The position numbers and the translations under genes are program-made. Positions 45,466-54,135 of a stretch of DNA of 64,000 nt are shown here, piece by piece. The stretch comes from a virus. Under the pieces are notes generated by a model. The model saw only the letters and a program-made list of their open reading frames with translations, did not search any database and had not been told where the DNA came from. The stretch is taken from IMG/VR virus record IMGVR_UViG_3300050821_009780, positions 64,001-128,000 of that record, one strand, 5' to 3'. The stretch's first letter is position 1; the number at the start of each line of letters is the position of its first letter.

Positions 45466-46859
45466 GGCAGCGCGTGCGCGGCGAGCAGGCTCCAGGTGAC
45501 CGGGCCGACGGTACCATCCTGCTGCGCCGGGTCGTTCGGGTAGTAAGCCCGCTGCACTGCGACGACGGCGTTCTCAGTGTTCTGCCCGAAGTTCCCGTCG
45601 ATGGCGAGCTGCAGCCCGTGCGCCTCGCACAGCGCCTGCACCCGCTTGACAGAGGCAGCCACAGGCAGGCCGGAACCCTTAGTCAGGGTCAGCAGCTGAG
45701 CGTTCGGCGAGCCGCCGACCAGCACCTCCCAGGTCACCGGGTCGGTCCAGCCGGTGGTCAGCAGCCCGGCGGTGGCCTGCAGGGCCTCCAGCGCGGTCTG
45801 GGTCTCGGCCCCGAAGTCCCCGTCCACCGGCACCGCCTGGCTGGCGGGAAGCGCCACGTTGAGGAGCAGCTGCACCTGGCGGACCCACGTCACGTTCCCG
45901 GCGGCGTCCTGGTCGCCCAGCCGGATGCCGGGGAGCTTGGAGTACAGCGTGGTCTCCCAGGCAGCGAGCGGAGCCGGGGCAGGAGCTGGCGGAGCAGGAG
46001 CCGGGGCGGGCGGCGGCGGGGGCGCGTACAGCCACAGGGTCACGTCGGAGGGAACAGGGGCAACCGGGGAGATCGTCCCGGCGAACATGCCGTTGATGAA
46101 GTCGGTGAGCGCGGCGTTCCAGCCGTACTTGACGTAGGTCCCGGCCAGGATGCCGGCGACGGTCTGGCCCGGCGCGAGCGCGGCGGCCTCGTACATGGCG
46201 GTCCGGCCATCTCCGCGCCACTGCTGCGGCACGGCGGGATCGGGCGCGGGGAGCTGGAAGAACGCGGGGCTGTTCACCGCCGACTCGTCCCACCCGGCGG
46301 TGGAGACGTACTGGGTGCCGTCCGCCTGGGGGTACCCGCAGGCGCTGGGCGAGCAGATGTGCCGGCCGATCCAGTGCGCGGACCAGATCCGGTACTTGGT
46401 CCTCGGTATCCCTGCGGCGGTGCACGCGTCGATGCAGTCCTGCACCGAGTAGCCGGCCGCCGCGCCGGGGGAGGCGTAGAAGCCGAGGCCGCCCGCCTTG
46501 ATGAACGCGGGCACGCTGGAGGCGGTCACGTTGCCCGGCTCGATGTCGGTGTACATAGCCCCCTTGGCCCCGTCCGGGGTGACGGACACCAGCTGGGCGG
46601 CGGGGAACCGGGCCCTCAGCGCGGCCATGTTCTCGTAGATGCCGTTGAAGTACCCGGCGTAGGCGAACGCCCCGGCGGGGTCCGACCCGACGGCGGTGCT
46701 GTCGTACATGGCCTCGACGCCGGACGGGAGGTTCGCGGCGGCCAGCAGGTGCGCGGCGGTATCAAACCGGGCCCCGTTCGGGCCTGCCTGCATGGTGGCG
46801 GCGATCCAGGCGGCATCGTGCAGCAGGTTCTGCGGCTGGACCACGGTCTGCTCTGTCAT
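45462..46859 (-). CDS. Endolysin: GH25-like catalytic domain, Pro/Ala linker, two peptidoglycan-binding domains
   Basis: MYDS...DIEPG...YAS...WSAHW...TQY; DGDFGAET and IDGNFGQNT...DGTVGPVTW repeats. Confidence 0.75.
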   Translation of the reverse strand: MTEQTVVQPQNLLHDAAWIAATMQAGPNGARFDTAAHLLAAANLPSGVEAMYDSTAVGSDPAGAFAYAGYFNGIYENMAALRARFPAAQLVSVTPDGAKGAMYTDIEPGNVTASSVPAFIKAGGLGFYASPGAAAGYSVQDCIDACTAAGIPRTKYRIWSAHWIGRHICSPSACGYPQADGTQYVSTAGWDESAVNSPAFFQLPAPDPAVPQQWRGDGRTAMYEAAALAPGQTVAGILAGTYVKYGWNAALTDFINGMFAGTISPVAPVPSDVTLWLYAPPPPPAPAPAPPAPAPAPLAAWETTLYSKLPGIRLGDQDAAGNVTWVRQVQLLLNVALPASQAVPVDGDFGAETQTALEALQATAGLLTTGWTDPVTWEVLVGGSPNAQLLTLTKGSGLPVAASVKRVQALCEAHGLQLAIDGNFGQNTENAVVAVQRAYYPNDPAQQDGTVGPVTWSLLAAHALP

Positions 46860-47794
46860 GACGTTCCCTCTCCCACTGACTGCCCGCAGGTAGGACAGGT
46901 CCCGGCGGCTACCAGCGCCTCGTGCAGCGCCCGGTGCGCCTTATCTTCCTCGACGGCGAGTATCTGCTGCTGCCGCTCCGTTGTCCTTGCGGCCTGATCG
47001 GCCTGCTGGTACTGGCTGTGCAGGTTGCGGAGACGGCCGAGCCGGGAACCCAGGAGGTCAAGCTGCTCCGCCGACGGAGCACTCAGCACGGCCAGCCTGG
47101 TCTCAGCGGCACTCTGGGCGGCGATGCCCTGGCGGAAGGCGGACCACAGCGCCCCGAGCCGCTCTCTCTGGTCGGTGATGTACTCCAGGCTGTCCATCCG
47201 GTCACGGGCCTCCATAAAGGCAGCCCGGCGGGCTTTCAGCGTGCGGAACGGCTGCGCGGCTGCAGTCAGCGCCCGCACCATATCCTCATAGGACTTAAGC
47301 TCGCGGGCGATCTCCAGCTTGCGCCGGTTGGCCTCGCGGGCGGCGTCGAAGACCAGGGTGACGTTGGTCAGCTCGCCGAGCGCCCGGGCGACCTGGCTGC
47401 CGGAGTCGGCCAGCAGGAACGGCCGGTCGAACTGCCCGGCGAAGTTGATGTCCTGCAAGGCCAGCAGGGCGCTGACCTCCTCCGGCACCGCCCCGGCGAG
47501 CTTGGTGTACGTCTTCTTCTCGCCCAGCACGTTCACGGTGTAGGCGTCCTGGCCCCGGCCGCCGCGCACGATCCCTGCTGTCAAGCCGCTGTCATCCTGC
47601 ACGATGGCCTTGCAGGACTTCGCCCCGTGCCTGATGTAGGCGGTGCCGCGGGCGTTGAACACGACCAGCTTCAGCGCCCGGACGACAGCGGACTTGCCGG
47701 AGCCGGTGGGGCCGGTGACGACGGTGAGCCGGCCCAGGCGCAGCTGCGCCTTGCGGAGCGCCTGGTAGTCCTCGATGGCGATGTCGGTGATCAC
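46856..47794 (-). CDS. SbcC/Rad50 N-terminal half (Walker A, coiled coil, ends at Zn hook)
   Basis: IAIEDYQAL, GPTGSGKSAVVRAL, Q-loop GQFD, terminal CPTCGQ. Confidence 0.85.
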   Translation of the reverse strand: MITDIAIEDYQALRKAQLRLGRLTVVTGPTGSGKSAVVRALKLVVFNARGTAYIRHGAKSCKAIVQDDSGLTAGIVRGGRGQDAYTVNVLGEKKTYTKLAGAVPEEVSALLALQDINFAGQFDRPFLLADSGSQVARALGELTNVTLVFDAAREANRRKLEIARELKSYEDMVRALTAAAQPFRTLKARRAAFMEARDRMDSLEYITDQRERLGALWSAFRQGIAAQSAAETRLAVLSAPSAEQLDLLGSRLGRLRNLHSQYQQADQAARTTERQQQILAVEEDKAHRALHEALVAAGTCPTCGQSVGEGTS

Positions 47795-47808
47795 GTCTGT
47801 TGTACGGG

Positions 47809-48058
47809 TCAGGCCGGGCAGGAGGACGTAGCCGCCAGCTCGGCGTCGTAGTCCTTGTCGGTCTTGATGGTCATGTTCGAGGTCTCCGAGCAGCCGCACG
47901 GGCAGCTGTAGCAGTCGCCGCCGCCGAAGCTGCCCGCCCCGCACACCCCGGCCCCGCAGTTCCAGCAGACGTGGTGCCAGTGCGCGGAGGTGTACAGCCG
48001 GGACTGCTCGCACCGGTCAGGCAGCCGGACTGCCTTCAGCGCCATACCAGGGACCATC
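47809..48058 (-). CDS. Cys-rich hypothetical protein
   Basis: CWNCG...CYSCPCGC; start position uncertain. Confidence 0.45.
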
Positions 48059-48059
48059 G

Positions 48060-48245
48060 TTAGCCTGCCTCGCCGAAGGTGGTCCAGCCGGGGTACTCGG
48101 CCGGGAACACGTCCCCGCACTCCGGGCACTCCTGGTCGGCGACGGGCGGCCCGTCCATCTGCTCGATGTCGATGGAGTCATCGTGCCACTGCCCCTCCAG
48201 CGTGGTATCGCAGGAGGGGCAGTCGATGAGGGCGGTGAAGTTCAC
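48060..48245 (-). CDS. Small acidic Zn-ribbon protein
   Basis: CPSC...CPECG. Confidence 0.6.
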   Translation of the reverse strand: MNFTALIDCPSCDTTLEGQWHDDSIDIEQMDGPPVADQECPECGDVFPAEYPGWTTFGEAG

Positions 48246-48248
48246 GGC

Positions 48249-49373
48249 CTAGGCATCTTCGTGCACCAGCTCGCCGTCCACCACCCGGTGCACCTTGCCG
48301 AGGTCGCAGCGGCGGCTGTGGCTGCTGACGATGTGCCCGCCCATGCCCATGAGCCGGTCCACCGCGCGGTAGTCCAGGTCGGGCAGGTTGGCGGTGACGG
48401 TGACGGCGTTGAGCAGGCTGTAGGCGGTCATCTCGTCGTCTTCGGCCATCTCGCCGATGACCCGGTGCCGGTCGGCGACGGTGATGCCGTTGTCGTCGAA
48501 CAGGCCCTCCAGCATGCCGCGCACGTCCCCGGTGACCGGCTGGGCGGTGAGGCCCTGCACGTTGTCGAGCATAGGCTCCAGGCCGGCGAGGACCTCGTCC
48601 ACGGTGACGGAAGCCCAGGCGACGGCGTCATCCTCGGTCTGCCCGCGCCGGGAGAAGTTGGGGGAGGCGTTGATGGTGTCGATGCACCCGTTGGTGCACC
48701 ACCAGCGGAACAGGTAGCCGCGCACGGAGGTCTGCCTCAGCCCGGTGAGCGAGTTGCGGTAGTCGATGCCGACGCTCCAGGTATCATCCGGGACGGACGT
48801 GCCGGTGATGACGCGCCGCTGGCCGGGGACGATGAGCCGCAGCGCGGTCGCCTCCAGGTTGTGGTGGAACTTGTAGTCAGCCAGCACCTCGCCCTGGCCG
48901 TACTTCTTCTCGACGCCGGCGATGACGGTGTCGAGCATGCGCAGGTTGGAGAACGGGTTGACGGTGCCCCGGGTGACGGCGGCGACCTTGTCCTGCTGGC
49001 ACAGCGCCTTCAGCTCCTTGGCAGCCACGTCCTCGCCGTTGGCCAGCCACCAGTTGATGAACGGGGCGAGCACGTCGGGCGGGGTCTGCGCCTGCAGGCC
49101 GCGCGGCATGTGGCAAACGGCCCCCAGCTCCAGCGCGCCCTGCTTGGTGAACTGGTACTCGTTGCCGCCCGGCAGCCGCAGGTACGCGCCGGTGTAGGCG
49201 GTGTCCGCGACGGTCTTGGCGGCCCACCCCGGCTCGTAGCGGACCTCGGCGTCGCCGGCGGTGAACTCGACCTCGCTCAGCGGCTCGGTGACGGCCAGGC
49301 GCTCCCGCACCTGGTCCAGGGTAAGGAGCTGGCTCCGCATTTCGTCGAGCGATACCGCACTGGCATGGACCAT
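48249..49373 (-). CDS. DUF932-like protein
   Basis: PFSN, GIDYRNSLTG, FRWWCTNG, YSLLNAVT; has its own promoter and GGGAGG RBS. Confidence 0.65.
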   Translation of the reverse strand: MVHASAVSLDEMRSQLLTLDQVRERLAVTEPLSEVEFTAGDAEVRYEPGWAAKTVADTAYTGAYLRLPGGNEYQFTKQGALELGAVCHMPRGLQAQTPPDVLAPFINWWLANGEDVAAKELKALCQQDKVAAVTRGTVNPFSNLRMLDTVIAGVEKKYGQGEVLADYKFHHNLEATALRLIVPGQRRVITGTSVPDDTWSVGIDYRNSLTGLRQTSVRGYLFRWWCTNGCIDTINASPNFSRRGQTEDDAVAWASVTVDEVLAGLEPMLDNVQGLTAQPVTGDVRGMLEGLFDDNGITVADRHRVIGEMAEDDEMTAYSLLNAVTVTANLPDLDYRAVDRLMGMGGHIVSSHSRRCDLGKVHRVVDGELVHEDA

Positions 49374-49407
49374 GATGGTTCCTCCCGCATCAGAAGTTCT
49401 TGGCTCC

Positions 49408-49436
49408 AGCCTAGTCACTGACTTGGCTCAGGTCAA
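49408..49436 (-). promoter_or_regulatory. Promoter with palindromic spacer (copy 5)
   Basis: TTGACC-tgagccaagtcagtgac(17)-TAGGCT. Confidence 0.8.
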
Positions 49437-49461
49437 GGGAAGGAGGCTGCTTCCGACACTA

Positions 49462-50538
49462 CTACGTATCCGAGGAGGATTCTTCCTCCCACGGGGGCGG
49501 GTCGTCCCCCGTCAGGCTGGCGCGCGGCTTCGCAACAGGAAGCACGGGAGACGCAGCCCGGACTGCCTTCTCGATGGCGGCAAACCCCTCCGGGTTAGCG
49601 TCCAGGTAGCCCCGGGCGGCAATCTTGCCGTTGCCGATATTCTGCCCATCCCAGACGTACCAGGCCCCGGACTTCTTCAGAGCCCCGCGCTCCACCCCCA
49701 GGTCGAGCAGCTCGGCGGAGCGGCTGATGCCGACGCCGAACAGGAAGTCGAACTCGGCGGTCTGGAACGGGCGGCCCAGCTTGTTCTTGACCACCTTGAC
49801 CCGCACCCGGCTGCCGACGGGCTGGTCGCCGTCCTTGATGGTCGAGATGCGCCGCACGTCGAGCCGGACCGACGCGTAGAACTTCAGTGCCTTGCCGCCC
49901 GGCTGAGTCTCGGAGCTGCCGAAGAACACCCCGACCTTCTCGCGCAGCTGGTTGATGAAGACGAGCGTGGTGCCGGAGTCGTGCGCCTTCCCGGTCAGGA
50001 TACGCAGCGCCTGGCTCATCATGCGCGCCTGCAGCCCGACGTGCGCATCACCGATCTCGCCCTTCAGCTCGGCCTCGGGCACCAGGGCCGCGACCGAGTC
50101 GATGGTGACCATGGAGAACAGCCCGGACGACACCAGGTTGTCGGCGATCTGCAGGCCCTTCTCGCCGCTGTCCGGCTGCGACAGGTACAGGTCGTCCACG
50201 TTCACCCCGAGGATGTCGGCCCACTCGGGGTCCAGGGCGTGCTCGGCGTCGATGAGCGCGACCTTCTTGCCCATCCGCTGCGCGTTGCCCATGGCGGTCA
50301 GCGCCAGGGAAGTCTTGCCGGACGACTCAGGACCGTAGATCTCCACGATGCGCCCGGCCGCGAACCCGCCGACCTTCAGCGCCTCATCCAGCGCGATAGA
50401 CCCGCTCGGGACCACGTCCACCGGCTCCGGATCAGTGTCATCGCCGAACCGGATGAGCGCGCCCTTGCCGAACTGCTTGTCCATTCCGGCCATGAGGTCG
50501 GACATCTTCTGCTCGGGGGTCAGCTCGGCCTTCGCCAT
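49462..50538 (-). CDS. recA: RecA recombinase
   Basis: [75 protein letters not shown]. Confidence 0.97.
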   Translation of the reverse strand: MAKAELTPEQKMSDLMAGMDKQFGKGALIRFGDDTDPEPVDVVPSGSIALDEALKVGGFAAGRIVEIYGPESSGKTSLALTAMGNAQRMGKKVALIDAEHALDPEWADILGVNVDDLYLSQPDSGEKGLQIADNLVSSGLFSMVTIDSVAALVPEAELKGEIGDAHVGLQARMMSQALRILTGKAHDSGTTLVFINQLREKVGVFFGSSETQPGGKALKFYASVRLDVRRISTIKDGDQPVGSRVRVKVVKNKLGRPFQTAEFDFLFGVGISRSAELLDLGVERGALKKSGAWYVWDGQNIGNGKIAARGYLDANPEGFAAIEKAVRAASPVLPVAKPRASLTGDDPPPWEEESSSDT

Positions 50539-50933
50539 CAGATGGTCTCCCAGCCGTTGTTGTCCCCCAGGAGGCGCAGCCGCCGCAGCTCGGTCAGCAG
50601 GCGGACGAAGTGCTCGCCGGACATGGTGACGTAGCCGGTGCCTGGGTCGGTGGCCTGGAGGCGGGGCGAGAGCCGGCGGCGGTGCCACACGGCCCCGACC
50701 GGCACCTTGGCGTTATCCGCCTCGGCCACGGCCTCGTCCACCCACTGGGCCAGGGTCTGGCCCTTGCAGTTCTTCGCCTCGATGACGACACCGGGCACCG
50801 ACGGCACCTCGATATCTCCCTCGTCCTTGCTCCCGGCCTGGACCTTGCGCCGGGCCGGGAGGCCGCGGAGCGCCAGGTAGGCGACCACCGAGACCTCCCA
50901 CGAGGTGCCTTTTTTCTTGGCGGGGTTCGACAT
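50538..50933 (-). CDS. Holliday junction resolvase (PD-(D/E)XK, actinophage type)
   Basis: KKKGTSWE...DEGDI...VIEAKN. Confidence 0.75.
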   Translation of the reverse strand: MSNPAKKKGTSWEVSVVAYLALRGLPARRKVQAGSKDEGDIEVPSVPGVVIEAKNCKGQTLAQWVDEAVAEADNAKVPVGAVWHRRRLSPRLQATDPGTGYVTMSGEHFVRLLTELRRLRLLGDNNGWETI

Positions 50934-52141
50934 CAGACCCCGTCGAGCAAGTTGTCGAAGTCGAAGTCCCCGCTAGAAGACGCCGTCTCCGGAGACGGCG
51001 TAGAGGAGGGCGCACTGGCAGGGGCTGAACCCGCAGCACTCTCACTCTCATCCCCGAAAGGGTCGTCAAGAACCTTCCGGGCCTTCTCCGCCTGCTGCGC
51101 AGCCTCCTGCTCCCGCTCGACGCCTGCTACCAGGCCGGCCGCGTCAGAAGGGCGGGCAGTCCGGGGAGTCGCAGGCTTTTTCGTTGAGGCAGAAGCCTTC
51201 TTTGGCGCAGCCTGCGGCGAGTCCGGCAGGAACTCCGCGAAAGGGTCGGCCACCGCAGAGCCCAGCGCCGCCTTCTGCTCGTCGGTCATCGCGTCCAGGA
51301 CCGTGCCGGCATCCTGGGTCTCCTCCCCGAGCAGCTCCTCGATGCCGCCGGACAGGTCGGCGGCCTTGGACTGGAACGCCTCGGAGACCTGGCCCTCGTT
51401 GCGCAGCTTGCGCCACTGGCGCATCGCGAACTCGCAGTCCTCCTGCATCCGCTCGCGCGGCACGGCCGAGCCGCAGCCGTCCTTGAGCTGGGCGTCGGTG
51501 GCCCGGTTGCCCGCCGTGCCGAGCAGCTCCTTCAGGTAGCCTGCCGGGGCTTCCTTGTAGCCCGGGTCCATCTTGAACGCGAGCTTGTTCCGCTGCCAGC
51601 TCGGCTCCTCGCACTCCAGGGTGATGTCGTGCCGGCGCAGGTCGCCGATCTCCTGCTGGATGCCCTCGATCTCATCGTAGATGCGGCCGGTGAACTTCCA
51701 CATCTTGATGGAGGCGCTGAACGGCTTGGCGGTGTTGAAGCTGTTCCCGGCCAGGGTGTAGTACACCACGTTGACCGCGAACCGCTGCACCGGGCCGGCG
51801 ATGTCCCCGCCTGACTTGACAGACGCGTCGCAGGCGGGGCAGTTCCGCTCGTCGATTCCCTTTTCCCTCAGCGTGTCCTCGTCGCCCAGGCAGATCTCGG
51901 TGCGCAGCAGTTCCAGATCGTAGTCGTCGTACTCGTCGCCGTTCTTCCGCCTCTTCTTTTCCTTCTTCGGGGTGCCGTCGTCGTGAAACTTGGGGTGCTT
52001 GATGTAGTGAACGAATTCGCGCCACGGTTCTTCGATGACTGTGAAACGTGCCTTCTGGCCTTTTTCCGTAAGCTTGACTGAGGGGAACCCGGCCGTGCCT
52101 TCGCCGGTCTTGTTCTCGGGTGCGACCGCTACTCTGCCCAT
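50933..52141 (-). CDS. T4 gp32-like single-stranded DNA-binding protein
   Basis: H...C...CPAC Zn ligands, RFAVNVV, KMWKF, acidic tail DFDFDNLLDGV; adjacent to RecA. Confidence 0.7.
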   Translation of the reverse strand: MGRVAVAPENKTGEGTAGFPSVKLTEKGQKARFTVIEEPWREFVHYIKHPKFHDDGTPKKEKKRRKNGDEYDDYDLELLRTEICLGDEDTLREKGIDERNCPACDASVKSGGDIAGPVQRFAVNVVYYTLAGNSFNTAKPFSASIKMWKFTGRIYDEIEGIQQEIGDLRRHDITLECEEPSWQRNKLAFKMDPGYKEAPAGYLKELLGTAGNRATDAQLKDGCGSAVPRERMQEDCEFAMRQWRKLRNEGQVSEAFQSKAADLSGGIEELLGEETQDAGTVLDAMTDEQKAALGSAVADPFAEFLPDSPQAAPKKASASTKKPATPRTARPSDAAGLVAGVEREQEAAQQAEKARKVLDDPFGDESESAAGSAPASAPSSTPSPETASSSGDFDFDNLLDGV

Positions 52142-52260
52142 GTGCCGTTCTCGCTTCTGCTCGTGCCGTTTCCGATGCGCGCCTGCCCGAGCGCTACGCA
52201 GTAGCAGGCCGCATAACTCTTATATACACACCGGGTCTGACATTCTGGAGATCACCAGGA

Positions 52261-52434
52261 CTACGCCACCCGGTTGAACCGCATGGGCCGCTGGCACTTA
52301 GCGCAGAGCATCGTCTTGACATGACCCATCTCGCGGTTCTTCCGGGCACGGATGACGACCCTCGTCCCGTGGCAGCGCGGGCATGCGTACAGCTCCTTAG
52401 AGGCCCCGCGCCCGGCCCGCAGGTGCCGACCCAC
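52261..52434 (-). CDS. bL33-like Zn-ribbon protein (57 aa, not in ORF track)
   Basis: VGRHLRAGRGASKELYACPRCHGTRVVIRARKNREMGHVKTMLCAKCQRPMRFNRVA. Confidence 0.55.
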   Translation of the reverse strand: MGRHLRAGRGASKELYACPRCHGTRVVIRARKNREMGHVKTMLCAKCQRPMRFNRVA

Positions 52435-52435
52435 C

Positions 52436-52738
52436 TCAGACTCCGGTGAGTACGATCAACGGCAGCGGGCGGCGCAGGCTGGCTACCAGCGCCATACGGG
52501 AGTAGGCGGCGAGCAGCCACGCGATACGGAAGTCATGGCCGTAGTCCTCCCGCAGCTGAAGGGCGCAGGGCACCTGCCAGCGGTCCATTTCGGGCCGCAA
52601 GGGGTCAGCGGTCGCAGACGAACCGGTAGACGTTCTCTCCAGGCTCTCGCTCGACTCGGTCAACGGGGTACCACCAGTTCTCCAGGGGGTCGGGCAGCTG
52701 GCACTCGCCGTCGCCGAACTCGTTAACCTGGCGCTCAA
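52436..52738 (-). CDS. Hypothetical protein
   Basis: 100-aa ORF, TTGA overlap. Confidence 0.4.
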   Translation of the reverse strand: MSARLTSSATASASCPTPWRTGGTPLTESSESLERTSTGSSATADPLRPEMDRWQVPCALQLREDYGHDFRIAWLLAAYSRMALVASLRRPLPLIVLTGV

Positions 52739-53082
52739 GCTCCTCGATTATCTCTGTCGCCTTCATGGCCTGGCATCAAGTCCTCTACCTCGATCACGGT
52801 CTGCTGCCTCCAGTCCGTGTCCGGGCGGGGCTGACTCGACGGATCGGCAGACTTCGCCTCGGCGAGCTGCTCCTGCTTCTTGTGCGCGTGGTAGCACTTA
52901 CCGTGCGAGAGCTTCACGAGCTGGCCCTTAGCCTGCCTGAGCGGCAGCTCGCCCTTGCCGAAAACGTGTATGTCCAGCCTGCGCTCACTGGTAGCCAGGC
53001 TCTCCACCCGGACGCTGCGCCACTCGTAGCGGTCGGCCAGCTCAGCCCCGCGGATGGGCCGGTGGCATACGAAGCAGATCAC
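52735..53082 (-). CDS. Hypothetical Zn-binding protein
   Basis: VICFVC...HGKCYH. Confidence 0.55.
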   Translation of the reverse strand: MICFVCHRPIRGAELADRYEWRSVRVESLATSERRLDIHVFGKGELPLRQAKGQLVKLSHGKCYHAHKKQEQLAEAKSADPSSQPRPDTDWRQQTVIEVEDLMPGHEGDRDNRGA

Positions 53083-53210
53083 AGCTTCCTCCGGTACAGC
53101 CACAGGCCTGCCACGACGACAAGCCCTGCGGCGATGACAATAACTGAACCCAGCCCGCGCATGGGCGTACGCCCACCCTGCCAGGCCCAATCCCAGTGAA
53201 GCGGGTTCAT
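53079..53210 (-). CDS. Small membrane peptide
   Basis: ...VIVIAAGLVVVAGLWLYRRKL single TM segment. Confidence 0.45.
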   Translation of the reverse strand: MNPLHWDWAWQGGRTPMRGLGSVIVIAAGLVVVAGLWLYRRKL

Positions 53211-53806
53211 AACCTCTCCATGTCGGTCTGCCGCATGAGCGCGGTCAAGCGGCGGCTGAGATCCTGCCGCACACCATCCAGGCCGTAGTAATGCAGCCGG
53301 ATGCGCCGCTCTATGTCGGACGCGGTGTCGGCCAGCGCCCGGGCGTCCCGGGCGCGCTTGCGCTGATCGCGGCAGGCCAGGCGCCAGTAGGCGTACCGTT
53401 CCTGCGCACCCTCGTACTCCCGGCGCCCGTAGCGCTTCTCCTTCATGGCCTGGTCGTCCCAGGCATCGTCCGCCTCGGCCTCCAGCCTGCGGGCCTTGGT
53501 CTCGCAGGCTCCCTTGAGGCCGATGGCCATGGACAGCAGCGTCTCGATGTGGCCCAGGTGCCCGCTGGCGGACACCATCGCCTCGTAGACAGCAGTGTGC
53601 GGCGCAGACGACGACGGAACCCGCGCTGCGGCGCGGTACTTCATGGCGGTCTTCAGCCAGCCCTTGCACTCCTCGACCAAGACTGCGGCCGGATCGGGCA
53701 GCGGCTCCTCCGGCTCGTGATGAACTGGATCATAACGAGGATGCCCGCAGTTGCAGAGAACACTGCCGTGGGTGGGGTCCGACGTGAACGGATGCACCTC
53801 AGCCAC
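53207..53806 (-). CDS. Coiled-coil protein (possible recombination mediator)
   Basis: 199-aa helical ORF with N-terminal H...CNCGH...H; function speculative. Confidence 0.55.
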   Translation of the reverse strand: MAEVHPFTSDPTHGSVLCNCGHPRYDPVHHEPEEPLPDPAAVLVEECKGWLKTAMKYRAAARVPSSSAPHTAVYEAMVSASGHLGHIETLLSMAIGLKGACETKARRLEAEADDAWDDQAMKEKRYGRREYEGAQERYAYWRLACRDQRKRARDARALADTASDIERRIRLHYYGLDGVRQDLSRRLTALMRQTDMERL

Positions 53807-54128
53807 CCGGGGCTGCCCGGAACATGATGGCCTTGATGATCTTGTCCTTCTCGTCCCGGTGCGCCTTCATCTCGGCCTTGACCGCGGCGACCTGCTTGTC
53901 GTCCAGCCTGCCATCAACCAGGAACGGCTGGACCTGGAGCAGGGTCAGCCGGGCGTAGGCCTCGGTCTCGTGGTGCACCAGGCCGAACGCCTCGGCGAAC
54001 CGCAGCTCGGAAGCCTCGGATGGCGGGATGCCGTTCTCCTGGAGGATGCGCTTGATGTCGTCCTCATCCGCCTCGACGTCGAACTTCCGCTCGCCCCACT
54101 TGGTGTTCCACCCTGCTCGTGCTCGCAT
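53799..54128 (-). CDS. Hypothetical protein
   Basis: MRARAGWNTK..., AGGAG RBS. Confidence 0.6.
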   Translation of the reverse strand: MRARAGWNTKWGERKFDVEADEDDIKRILQENGIPPSEASELRFAEAFGLVHHETEAYARLTLLQVQPFLVDGRLDDKQVAAVKAEMKAHRDEKDKIIKAIMFRAAPGG

Positions 54129-54135
54129 GCTCCTG

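Noticed and set aside
47050-47070. QLDLL in SbcC-N as a beta-clamp-binding motif
   Set aside because: It lies within a predicted coiled coil in Leu/Gln-rich sequence; likely chance.
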